Positions 24,101 to 35,200 of a stretch of DNA of 64,000 bases are shown piece by piece. The first letter of the stretch is position 1. The number at the start of each line of letters is the position of its first letter. Made by a program: the position numbers and the translations under genes. The stretch lies in the NCBI GenBank assembly GCA_965113315.1, contig OZ220376.1; one strand, written 5' to 3'. A model generated the notes under the pieces. That model did no database searches and had not been told where the DNA came from. It saw nothing but the letters and a program-made list of their open reading frames with translations. This DNA comes from Podarcis vaucheri (lineage: Eukaryota).

Positions 24101-26682
24101 CCTCCTTTCAGGGTACTCTTTCATCCTCCCTATCCCCCTTCCCCCCCGGTTTTCTGTAGATTGTTTCCCTGGGCTTCAATTCAAACCTTTTGGAGCCCTA
24201 AGTTTAAGATGGCAGGGCACCAGATCTCGAGGTGATTCATCATAATGCCCTAATTTTGAGATGGCACTAAATTTCACTACAATTTCCACCTGTTTAGGGC
24301 TATGGCTGAATTTGCCATCGGCTGAGGCTAATATACATTAGAACACTGTTCTATTTCTGAATGAGTTCTGCAACACTTTCCCCTCCATTTAGGCCAAAGT
24401 ATTAAAAATAAAATATGGTAGAAATTGTGATAAACACACAGAAAGCAGCCAATTTTGCTCTGACGGCAGCAAAATGTGTCGCAGTTACTCTGACCCTCAG
24501 ATAGTAGACTGCAAGCTGTAAAACTAATGTTGCTGTTTTACAATGTTTGTTTTTTAAAAGTATTTGCTGGGTTATTTTGTAGGCATGATGGCTGGCAAAT
24601 CAAACTGAAGATCCCTAAAAGTGAAGGGAGTAAGGAAGCATTATTGGAGGGGCAATGAAAAGCTCACCCCTCTTTTCCACTCCCTCTCCTGCAAAATTTT
24701 GGGAATACAGCAAAAAGGCGTTGATGCCCGGTGGTGCATATCCACCTAGCCCCTTTCCCAGAGGGCTTTGCTTCCTGCAGGAGGAGAGCGACAACCCTGC
24801 AAAGCAAGCCGGCTGATTAGTCACTGGGGACCTACCTAAAAGCAGGTGGATGGGACTGCAGCCTCAAGGCACAGAAGCAGCAGACACCAGCAGGGAGGGA
24901 AATGGGCAACTTTTAAGCTAATAATACTTAGCAGTCATATCATGCATTTAAATGCTCCAAGCACCTCCTATACATTAAATATAGGCCATTACATTTAAAG
25001 CGAAATCTGCCCTCTGTGCCAGGAATCCCAGCAGCTGCAGCTGACGCAGTGGGGTCGACTGGTCCACAAAAGCTTTATGTCACAATGAATCTGCTAATTA
25101 GTCTCTTGAGGACGCCACTGCCAGGAATCTCTTCTGGGGCATTTGCTATAATAAGCTGAAGTGTCTCCTTCTCAGGAAATCACATACACTGACTGTGCAA
25201 TCCTTACAACAGTCCAGTACGGTAGGCCAGAAGAGTCCATTCAGCTCTCTAACCAAGCTTATTTAACATGTAGCAATCTGGGGGAAGAAAGGGAGCTCCC
25301 CCCCCCCAAAGGAGAGTGTAATGTAATTCAAGGGCTCTGTTTTCCAGAGAGAAGGAAAAGTAGCAGCTCTATCTTCTTCCAATACCTAGGTCAGTTATGC
25401 TGCTCTCTGGGGATGAGAGATCCAAAAGCCAAAGCAGGGGGCCACCTTTATTGGGAACAATTGAATCATCGCCAAGTAGCGAGCCAGCATTCTCCGGCAC
25501 ACGTCTTGAAAGCAAGAGCAGGGTGAGACAAACAGCTAGATATGAAGGCTGAACCCCCTAGTTGGCAATTTATGTACTGATCTTTGAATACAGAAGTGTG
25601 GGCCTGGCAATGGTCAGCCCTGCTTGCCAGTGTATCAAGGAGAGGGTTTAGGAATTATCACTGCCCACAGCTAGATTTTCTTCCCACCTGGTGTGTGGAT
25701 ACTAGTTTGCATGGTAAAACCATCTCAGCCTGAAAGAGAGATGAGCGCTGCACCCCATTGACTGGAATTAACCGTCCAGAGGTCCTTTACCTTTTTTACT
25801 AGATTGCATGCTAAAAAAGGGAACACCAGCAGCATCTGACCACCACCCTGGGAGTCATTGACAACACAGGGGCATGGGAAAGTGGGGCATGGAAAATAGG
25901 GCTGGAACTCCCAGCTGTTCACAGTTTCAAGTCAGAGGGAACTTCACCTTAAGCTACAGCTCTTCCTAAGGCACCTATAGATGCACCCCAGAGGATGCCA
26001 AGCTGTGCCAACAGAAGAATTCAGGAAGATTCCTGAATTGCAGGGAGTTGGACTAGATGATCCTCGTCGTCCCTTCCAACAATGACTCTAGGATGCACCT
26101 GAAACAAACCATCCCCCCTCTAGTTTGCACAGCCCAAGGAAATGCCAAGCCAGATTTCATAACAGTCCCCCATGCCAAGCTAGCTTGGGTGGGTAAGCAA
26201 AGAAAGAGTGCCAAGGGGTACAAGTCTTATGATTCCTTCCAGGAATACCCAACTCCTCAAAGTTGTGTGCAACCAGGGAATGCCCTGCTGTGTCTCTCCA
26301 GGGGTAACGCCTGATGGAGAGATAGGACCCTGCAGGACTCCGGATCGGCCGGGTGGGTGGAAGGGCCTGGCCCGGCTTTGCCTAACTCGGATTTGCCCGC
26401 CGGAGCCACCACGCGGCGAGGGCGCAAGTTGCGCGCCCATCCCGGGGCAGAGAGGCGCTTCGCGGAACGAGTTCTGCAGCTCCTCGCCGGGAGGAGAAGA
26501 ACGGAGGCGATATCCCACCCCGAGGGCGCTTCGTCCCGCAACTCACCCGCGCTGTACAGCCGCCCCCCGGGGAGGCGATCGCAAGGCAGAGCCCCCCACG
26601 CCCCGAGGCTGCCCGCGCCCCGCTGCCCCGACGGCAGCAACAGGCGGCAGCTCCGGCCCACGCAGCGCTGCAGGAAGCCCAT
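21053..26682 (-). CDS. NME4: NME4, mitochondrial nucleoside diphosphate kinase (NDPK-D); whole gene span, 200 aa
   Basis: complement(join(21053..21173,22419..22531,23417..23518,23911..24041,26547..26682)) = 603 nt. Contains [18 protein letters not shown], the NME4-type basic triad LRRKPFY, the catalytic His motif NVVHASDS and an Arg-rich N-terminal presequence. Confidence 0.95.
22419..22531 (-). CDS. NME4: NME4 exon 4
   Basis: [38 protein letters not shown]. Confidence 0.95.
23417..23518 (-). CDS. NME4: NME4 exon 3
   Basis: [34 protein letters not shown]. Confidence 0.95.
23911..24041 (-). CDS. NME4: NME4 exon 2
   Basis: [43 protein letters not shown]. Confidence 0.95.
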
Positions 26683-27120
26683 GGCGGCTCGCCCGGCAGA
26701 AGGGGGCCGGCCCGGCCGGGTTTATAGACGCGGGCTTGGGGGTGGGAGAGAGCCGGGCTGCGGGGCCGCTGCTCCCCCACCCCACCCGCCGGTCCGCCCC
26801 CAGGCCAGGCCGAGCGAGGCGGCCCCGGGGGGGGGGCGTGGGAACGAGGAGGAGCACATTACAGGGGGGCGGCCCCCTTAAAGAGACCCGCAGCCCCCCC
26901 AGCCCCACCCCGGGGGCGGGCGGCGCGCTTCTCTCGGCCGCCTCGTCTGCTAACAGGGTTTGCAGCAACTTTCGGCTCTGGAAGCTGGGGGCGCCCGTTG
27001 CTGATGGGCCAGACGAGCAGACACCACGAGGGTGGGCGCACTTGCTGATCTCGGGACGCTGTCCGTAGCTGCTTCCGCCGGCAAGGAAGGATCAGGGAAG
27101 GCGGGCGGGGGGAGAGAGGA
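26330..27120. promoter_or_regulatory. CpG island / NME4 promoter with TATA-like box
   Basis: Very CpG-rich; TATAAA on the - strand at 26721-26726, about 40 nt upstream of the ATG; GC boxes further upstream. Confidence 0.8.
26547..26682 (-). CDS. NME4: NME4 exon 1 (mitochondrial targeting peptide)
   Basis: gccgccATGG Kozak; [16 protein letters not shown]...GGRLYSA-G|gtgagt; phase 1 matches exon 2. Confidence 0.88.
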
Positions 27121-29682
27121 AAAGCTGGTTGAGTGCTCCTAGGCAGGAATGGGTGGTGGTGGGGTTTTGGGGGGGGAGCAAAGCAGCCGTTTCTGAAACA
27201 GCAAAAGGAGAATGGGAAGTTGTTTTATGAAGCCGGCTCAGACCATTTGACCATCTACTTATCGGGTACTTTGTTCTCGCTAAAGTACTAAGCGGGTACT
27301 TTAACGGGGGCTATTAAAATACTTCCACATTAGCTGCAACACGCATCAACCCAATAAATCCCAGCGCCTAAACCGCCGAACCGAAATAAGTAAAAATAAA
27401 AATATGTATATGCAATAAAATAAAATATGTCCCAGAGGCGAGCACACCTCACTGAAACAATTGGATGCACCTTGCCTGCCCCCTCCCCCGCGTTCCCCGG
27501 GATTAGTTTGTAATCGCCTAGCAGCAGGGACCGGCGCTCTATTTTGTAAAGCGCACTCTGTAACGCCAGCCTCCCAGCAATTTGGCACCCACCCAGGTGT
27601 TTCGTGCTGCAGCTCCCACGCTGGCCGTGGCTGATGAGATTTCTAGTCCGGAACAGCCAGAGGGCACCCGGTTGGCAAAGGCGGATATAAAAACAAACAG
27701 CAACAAGAAGTTACTAAAGGGATGAAGCGATGGGCTGTGGGAGTTGCCCTCTCACACAGTTGAAACGTTCTTAGTTTATGGGATGGGTTCCTGTAGCAAA
27801 TAATTAACATTGGTCTTTATAACACCAAGATATACTGCTCTACTTCAGTACATGCTTGGAGTATTAGAACAGTAGTTCACAGGCTTTCCTCCCTATGGAG
27901 CACTTGAACGTTGATGAGGGGCGGATCATCATCCAGTGATGAACAGGGAGGGAGGGAGGCTGGATTCATGGGTGCTGTTGTCGATCTTGCAGATAATATA
28001 CAGAACAACTAATTAGAGGAGATTAAGAGGAAACACGAGGCCCGTTTGGACAGGGGCCACCCTCCCTTCTGTCAGTACAGCTGCAGCCAAATACTCCCAA
28101 CTCGGGGGGAAATAGGGGAATTTAGAGACTTTAGAGAAACTTTGCCCTTTAAGCTGAGGTTGTGTCCAAGAACAAGCTATTTTCCCTTGACAAAACAAAC
28201 CATTTATGTAGTTGGCATCACTGGCCTTCCCAGGTGCTTTCTTCTTTAGTTTTCCATCCTTTAAGTGGTGAAAGGTGCTGCCTGATCACAACATTCAGTC
28301 CCATATTTCTCCCTGGACTTGAACCAAATTGGCTGAAATACTTCCCTAAAACACAGGCGGCAACTACCAGCCCCTGGGCCAAATGAGGCCCTGCAGGGGT
28401 TGCCAAATGCTGCTCCAACCGCCAGCCAGACGGGAGAATCTGTGCAGGGGAAATCAAATGCTGGACTTAAGCCTGGGAAAACCAAGAGGTCCCAATGGGA
28501 GACCTCCAGTGGAGGGCAGGGCGAGGGCATTTCATTTACCATTCCTCGCTCATAAGTCATCTGGATGCCAACCAAGTATTAAAATCGCAAGTTCTTTTTT
28601 CCATAAGCAGGAGCTATGTTGTCTAGGACCACCTTCATACTTGTCCCCATCCCACCCCTGTTGTTCCAACAACCCTGAACTGGCTCCAATTCAGAAGACA
28701 AACAGTGCTGTTCTACCTACTGGAAGTTCATAGCTCCCAGAACAGTGACCCCAGTAAAATTTTGGCAGAAGCATCAAGGACAGAGGGTTGTTTTTCCCTT
28801 ACCCCACCTGCTCTCTGCACAACTAAACGAGTCCTGCTTAGTTCTCTTCTCCTGGTTCCCAATCCTAACCTCCGATTCTCCAGGTGTTGGGCCACCTGGA
28901 TCCATCAACCTTTTAAATGCCATGAACAGGTTTAGACTAGGCACCAAGGAGGAGCCATGTGATGAGCGCTAGGCCACCAGTAGGTTGTATAGAGGGGCAT
29001 TGGAATCTTCAATGCTAGGAGCTTTTGAGAGCAAGCTAGACATGCATTTGGTTCAACAAAATGCAGGTGGACTCAATTTTTAAACTCTTGATTTTTAAAG
29101 CTCCTCTGAGTTTTGCCCCCCTTCCTGCCAAAAAAGACCAGTTCACCTTTTCTCTTCCAACTCTACCAATATTCATTCATCTGACCAAATATAGTCACAT
29201 TACACGGGAACAACCCTGACTCCCTTGCTACTCCTCATGCCTGGAACTCTTCACCCCAAAAGGTCCACAACACAGCTTCCCCTTTCAGATCGCTCCTTAA
29301 AAGTCCAGCTCACCCATGAACCCTTTGATTTGAATCCACAACCTTCTGTCCCAAAAGACCTGGCTAGCATCAACTGAACTGCAATGGCTTTTGGGAACCA
29401 ACCTGCCAACTCTTGTGCCTCATGTGCAAACATCCAAATGGCATTCATGAAGAGGAGCTGTGGTGGGGTTGCTCACTTCTGAGGAGCCTCAAGCACTGCA
29501 ATTCCCAGTTTATGGAAAAGAAGCCAGTGCACTTGCCTGCTTGAAGGCTATCAGGCCATGGCTATCGTCTGAAAGCATATGATGTAGCAACTGCGCTGGA
29601 AGCTAAATGAATCTTAGGGTTTGGTCAGTTCCTAGTCAGATGACTGCCTGAGCACCATGATGGAAGAAAAACTATTGTTGCA

Positions 29683-29832
29683 GACCATCTGCTTTGAATG
29701 CAGAAGGTCCCAGGTTCAATCCCCAGCATCTCCAGGTAGGGCTGCCTATCTGAAACCCTGGAGAGCAGGTGTCCATCAGTGTAGACACTACTGAGCTAGG
29801 TGGACCAATGAACCAGAGCTTCCTACATTCCT
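29683..29832 (+). mobile_element. Degenerate tRNA-derived SINE fragment
   Basis: B-box-like ggttcaatccc in gcagaaggtcccaggttcaatccccagcatctcc, followed by a repeat-like body; boundaries approximate. Confidence 0.55.
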
Positions 29833-30856
29833 AAAATCAAGTAAGCTTCACATTGGAAGAGTACATGCTCTGGTGAAATGGGACAACCAGTTGTTCTTAG
29901 CAGCAAGATTTGAGCATCTTCCAAAACTATGACCATTGACCCATTGATCTGGGCAGAGAAAACATGCACTTTCACTCTGGGTAAACAGTATTGTGACCGA
30001 TGCTTTCACAAGGATGCTGACCCCTGGAGCAGGCCAGGGACAGGCTGAGTGTCACTGTGGCCGAAATCAAACAAGACAAAAAATTAGCAGGCAGAGTTTG
30101 TAATGTGTCATCATCCAGCTCCCAGCCACGGCTCCACCTTCCGACGATAGTCGCCATAGTGGATTTTGAAGAACCATTCTGGCCAGGGGTGGTGGTGGAA
30201 GCAGAAGATCCAGCCTCCTCTAAACAGCGCCTTCTGTTTTAATGCAATGTTTTAATTGATGCTTCTCTCGCGCAAGCCTCTTTTGGGAGCGCTAGCCTCA
30301 AAAGCAGTATAGAAACGCCTTGAATGAAATGAAGACCCAGCAAGCCACAAAGTACAATGGCAAGGAAAGACCGGGGTATCTGAAGAGGTTCCAGGTATCT
30401 CTACACAGTTCATCCTCTTGAAAACAAGGTCAACAGGAAAGAGTGCAAGTGTCTATGAGTTCATGGCATTCTGTTGGTGAATCTGCTCAGACCATGTGTC
30501 TGCAATTCGGCGAAACACAACAGCAGGCTCTCATGGTTATTGATATGTTTTTCTAAATATTAAAGGCCCAGAATAATGCACTAATTAAAATGTGGGAGTG
30601 GGACTAGGTGCTAGGTTCAGGTGAACACAAAGCCTAGAGTCCACTGGGGCCCACCTGAGGTCAGTCGCTCGACTAACTTACCTCAAAAGGTTGTTGTGAA
30701 TAATAAAGTAGCCCATGTAATGCCATCATGAGTCCCTTGGAAAAGCAGGCTCTGAGTAGATATGAAAAACCCTATAGAAGCATCATTAACTATCACTGAA
30801 AGTCATGTAGCAACCCATAGAAATCACTCTTCAGGAATGTGCACAGATCCACCTGC

Positions 30857-31445
30857 ACAAGCTGAACATGAGTCAACAGGGTGATGAAGCAACAAAAAAA
30901 AAAGCTAATGCTACTCTAGGAAAAAGTAGTATAGGGTCCAGATTAAGGGAAGTAATAGTCCTGCTCTGTTCTGCCCTGGTCAGACCACACCTGGAATACT
31001 GTGTCCAGTTCTGGGAGCCACAATTTAAAAAGGATGTTGACAAGCTGTGTAGAGGAGGGCAACCAAGATGATCTAGAAACCAAGGAACAGTTGAGGGAAT
31101 TGGGTATGTTTAGCCAAGCAAAGAGGAGACTGGGAGGAGATATGAATGCCATCTTCAAATATCCAAAGGGCTGTCACATGGAAGATGGAGCAAACTCGTT
31201 TTCTCCTGCTCTGGAGGGTAGGACTCGAACCCATGGCCTCAAGTGACAACAAAGGAGACTCCGACACAACATCAGGAAGAACTTTCTAACAGTAGGAACT
31301 GTTTGACAGTGGGATGGACTCCCTTGGGAGGTTGTAAGCAGGGCTGGGTGGCCATCTGTCAGGGATGCTCTAGCAGAGACAGCTGCATTGCAGGGGTTGG
31401 ACTAGATGACCATTGGGGATCCCTTCCAGCTCTACGGTTCTATGA
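30857..31445 (+). mobile_element. CR1 LINE 3' fragment (degenerate)
   Basis: SALVRPHLEYCVQFW peptide with frameshifts; homologous to 40025-40660; ends ggttctatga. Confidence 0.88.
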
Positions 31446-31551
31446 ACTGGTCTGAAGCCCAGAGTTTATGCCCTCCCCAAGACTTCCCGAAAGGCCTTGA
31501 AGGTACCTAAATAGATCTCAAGCCTGTCTAAAACAACAAAGTAAGCACTTT

Positions 31552-31557
31552 TTTATT
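31552..31557 (-). terminator. XPO6 polyadenylation signal
   Basis: AATAAA on the - strand about 590 nt after the stop, followed by a U/GU-rich tract (ctttgttgtttt). Confidence 0.7.
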
Positions 31558-32146
31558 TCCATTAAGCACATTTTAGTATCACAATGGAATGATGAGAAAA
31601 AACTTTTCTTTAAAAAATCCCCACAAAAACAGAGCTCTGTCTGTCTGTCCATCTGTCTCCCCACCGATGGCAGGGGAGGCTTCAAGGCAATTAAAAACAA
31701 AAAGTTGATGGGATGTTCCCCTCCCCAGCAGCAAGGTGCAGGAGGGGAGGGAGGTAGGTGGAATGATGTGAAGGTGGGAACATCTGAAGTAGTCTTTGGC
31801 GTTTCTGCCTCATGATTGATGCACAAGACCAGTCACCGGAACCTGCAAATCTGCCAATGCCACAGTATTAAGACAAAAACATCCAGCTAGAGAGGAACGG
31901 CCTGCAGGTGGGCCTCGAGACACCCTGTAGGACACAGAGCTGCCACAGCTCAGCTGCGAGGAGGAGCTGGAAGGGGAATGGACAAGGGTGGGGGCACAGC
32001 GCGCAGCTCTCCCAGGCACGGGGGCCCACGGGGGAGGTGCTTCTGCATCCAGCCGGCCTGGCGAGATCGGGGAGCGGAGGCAGCGGCAACACGAGGAGCA
32101 CAGGTCCGCTCACAACAGGGATTCGAACCAGAGTCAGTGCCGAGAA

Positions 32147-32248
32147 CTATAGCTTCACGGTCCCAGGGGGCAAACTGTCGTTGCAGAGTCTGTAGTAGCG
32201 CAGGTCGTTGACCAGCCTGTGCACGTTCTGTGTAAATGAGGGCAAGTC
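32147..32248 (-). CDS. XPO6: XPO6 last coding exon 24
   Basis: DLPSFTQNVHRLVNDLRYYRLCNDSLPPGTVKL*. Confidence 0.96.
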   Translation of the reverse strand, partial: DLPSFTQNVHRLVNDLRYYRLCNDSLPPGTVKL

Positions 32249-35200
32249 CTGGAAAAGGGTAAGTGGGGAGACACGGGAGAAGAGACAGCCAACGGTTAGG
32301 ACAACAACAGGATTAACCAATCCTTCCAGTTCTTTGCTCCAAAGGAGTGTTGACACTAGGGAATGCAATGGCACCAAGCACGCTCCTGGCTCTGTTTTCA
32401 ACAGTCTGGGGCCATTTTATTCAGCTAATTTCAACTAGGTTGTGTGGGTGTGAGACGGCCTTAAATGTCACCATGAAGTCTTATGAAGGAAGAGCCGAGT
32501 TTTTAAGAGAAATAGAAACCTATGTAGTGAGCAGCGCTGAAACAAAAGCAATGTCACCCCCCAGAAGCTGCCTTATATCCATAGTCAGGCTGTTGACCCA
32601 TTTTGCTCAGTACTGTCTGCACTGGCTGGCAGCAGCTTTCCAGGGTTTCAGGCAGGAGAAACACTCTGCATGAAGCCATGAGAAGGTGTAGTCTGATGGG
32701 ACACACAGTCCTGAACCAGCCATTACTCTGAGAGCTTCCCTTCCTCTTTGAGACCTCTTTAAATGTGTAGTGCAAATGGGAACTATCACCTTAAATAATC
32801 ATGGCTTCCCCCAAAGGACCCTGGGAACTGTGGCTTGTTAAGGTAGGCTATGGTAAGAAGATGATGCTGGGCTAGATGCCGAACCACTTTGGTCTGATTC
32901 AGTTTCAGGGTCCTTCTTATGTTCTCATTCAATAATAAAATGTTATAGTTCAAGGAGGTTCTATTTGGGGCACGGGTGTGTGTGCTGTCAGTCTGTCCGT
33001 ACAGAACAACCCCACCTGAAAGCTCCAAGCCAGCCTCACCCTGTCCATTTTGAAGTTCCTTCCAAGCACGTTTTTCTGGTTGGTGTCCACACCATCGCAG
33101 CTGGCCAAGAACCCCGGGAGAAAGGCCGAGTAGAAGCTATCAAAGTCCACGGAGGCCATGTTGTAGATGGCTATGCCAATTTCCTCTTGCAAGAGGTCGT
33201 GTGATTTATGGACCAGTACCTGAAGCAGGACATTCACAAACTGGAAAAGCATGGCTGTCCGGAAGATCTTCTGTGGGGAAAGAGAACAAGGGTGTTCAGC
33301 AAGCTCCTGCGGTGCTCAGAAAAACAGGAGCTCTGGGGGATCAGTGAAACTGCGAGGTGCTCTGCAAAGGACCATCTGATAGGCCTTGTTTCAGTGGCTG
33401 ATGGCAGCTGAATTATGCCACACCTCCAGGGTCCAGTGCAGGGTTCATTCACCTCCATGGATGCAGAGGTAAGTGAAAACCCCTGGCAACTTGGCATTCA
33501 CCACTCCACCAGCTGAACACACTTGCCCTAGCAAGCTTGCACAACATTTAAAACGGTTAGCTCATGTGATAATGTGGCACTCACAATGAAAATGTGGGTA
33601 AAATCTGCTATGATTAAACAATGACAAAGAGTCCTGCCACAATGCCTACAGTGTGTCTAGGGGCCCAGTTTTCCTGGGTCTCTGACATGCTCATTCAATG
33701 TACCTGATCCTCTGCAAGCCACCTGCCACTGGGCATTTTGGGCAATGGTTTTGGGAGCAACATATTCAACACAGGCATTAGAAAAAAGCTCTTGCCGTTT
33801 CCCTCTCCAAGTTGAAGGAGAATTAGTTTCCTTGTTCTGCCTGAGAGAGATTCTTGTTCCTCTCTGCACAGGCCAATTTAATTTATGACACAAGCCAGGC
33901 CTATGCTCTTCCAACATGTAAGCAACAGCAACTCCAGCGAGGAGAGCACCCGAGTGTATGGACCACTAGGGGGCAATAAGCAGGAAGAACCAGAATTGCT
34001 AGCCTTCTGAACTGTCCCTCTTGTGCCAGCACTTTGTGTAAGCAAGATACAGACTATACTGTTGTATCCATTAGAAAGCAGGGAGCTTACCTTGTGATAC
34101 AGCTTCTGCTTTGTGTTCAGAGTCTCCAAATAGAACAAGTTCTGTTTAAAAAGGTGTATGTCAGGCTGCAGGAAGGATTGGCCAAATGCCTATAGAACAG
34201 GGGGGAAAGCCTTTCAGGAAAACAGACATTGAAGGAAGTAACCAAAAATTAGAAGATCTTTGAATAGCCATTGGACCAGTGACAGGCAACCTGATATTGT
34301 CTACCCTCCATCATCCCTGCCCATTGGCCACACTGGTTGCAGCTGATGAGAGGAAGAGTCTTCGTTCGACCACACCTGGACAGCTCCAGACTGGCTACCT
34401 CTATATTGGACAGTGATCCTCGTGTCAGGGATGTTTTCTTGTTGTAAAATCTCACTTCCTTGAGACTGTCTCGTATCAAGTTACAAGATGAAGCAGGAAT
34501 GGTTGGGATTCAGTGGCCCTCCTCCAAACAGAGACTGAGGCTTTGAAGGAAACAGGGCCAGGGAAGGAGCTTTTCCTACTTCTGCTCAGACCGCCTCAGG
34601 GAGTTAAACAAGAATTTGAGAATGGCCGAATAGACTAGAGACTGGACTTTGACCATGGCGGCAGCAGCAGCAAGCAGACAACTCCCTAGCAGGATGCAGA
34701 CATCCTGGGCCATGCAGAACATTCAGAGAGCACGAAGCAGAAGCTCCTCTCCCAAAGAGCATGAGCCAACTGGAATGCCAACAGCCAGAAGCACTTGGCT
34801 AGAGTCAGCCACTACTGAGCTGTCAGCTTTTTAGCAATCTTCTGCTTACAAATTACCAGTGCTCAGCACTTGGAATGAGAAGGGAACCTGGGCAGGAGTT
34901 GCCTGAAATGGCCCCAAACAATTAACAGGCTCTCAGTAGACTACAGGATTAGGAACAAGTGTGGGTACAGAAGGAACAGCAGTGTATGGAGAAGAAACTT
35001 CTCCAGTGGGTTCAGTGAGTAACTCCAGGGTTCAGGGGAGGCCTCCACAATAGCTACTTGGTAATGCAGATGCTAGAGATTACATCCAGACCAAGGAGTT
35101 AACTCACTTTTCTTAAAATAACACAGGCCGTTCCCATCACATCGCCATCTTCCACACTTCTATGAAGTCACAAAGTTAAAATATGCAGTTGCACTGAGCA

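Noticed and set aside
26180-27068. 286-aa and other ORFs over the NME4 promoter
   Set aside because: CpG-island artefacts; only 26547-26682 (-) fits the NME4 splice phase and presequence character.
27120-31500. Search for DECR2, globin or other exons between NME4 and XPO6
   Set aside because: No recognisable peptide or exon chain, and several repeat fragments are present; a lncRNA cannot be excluded.
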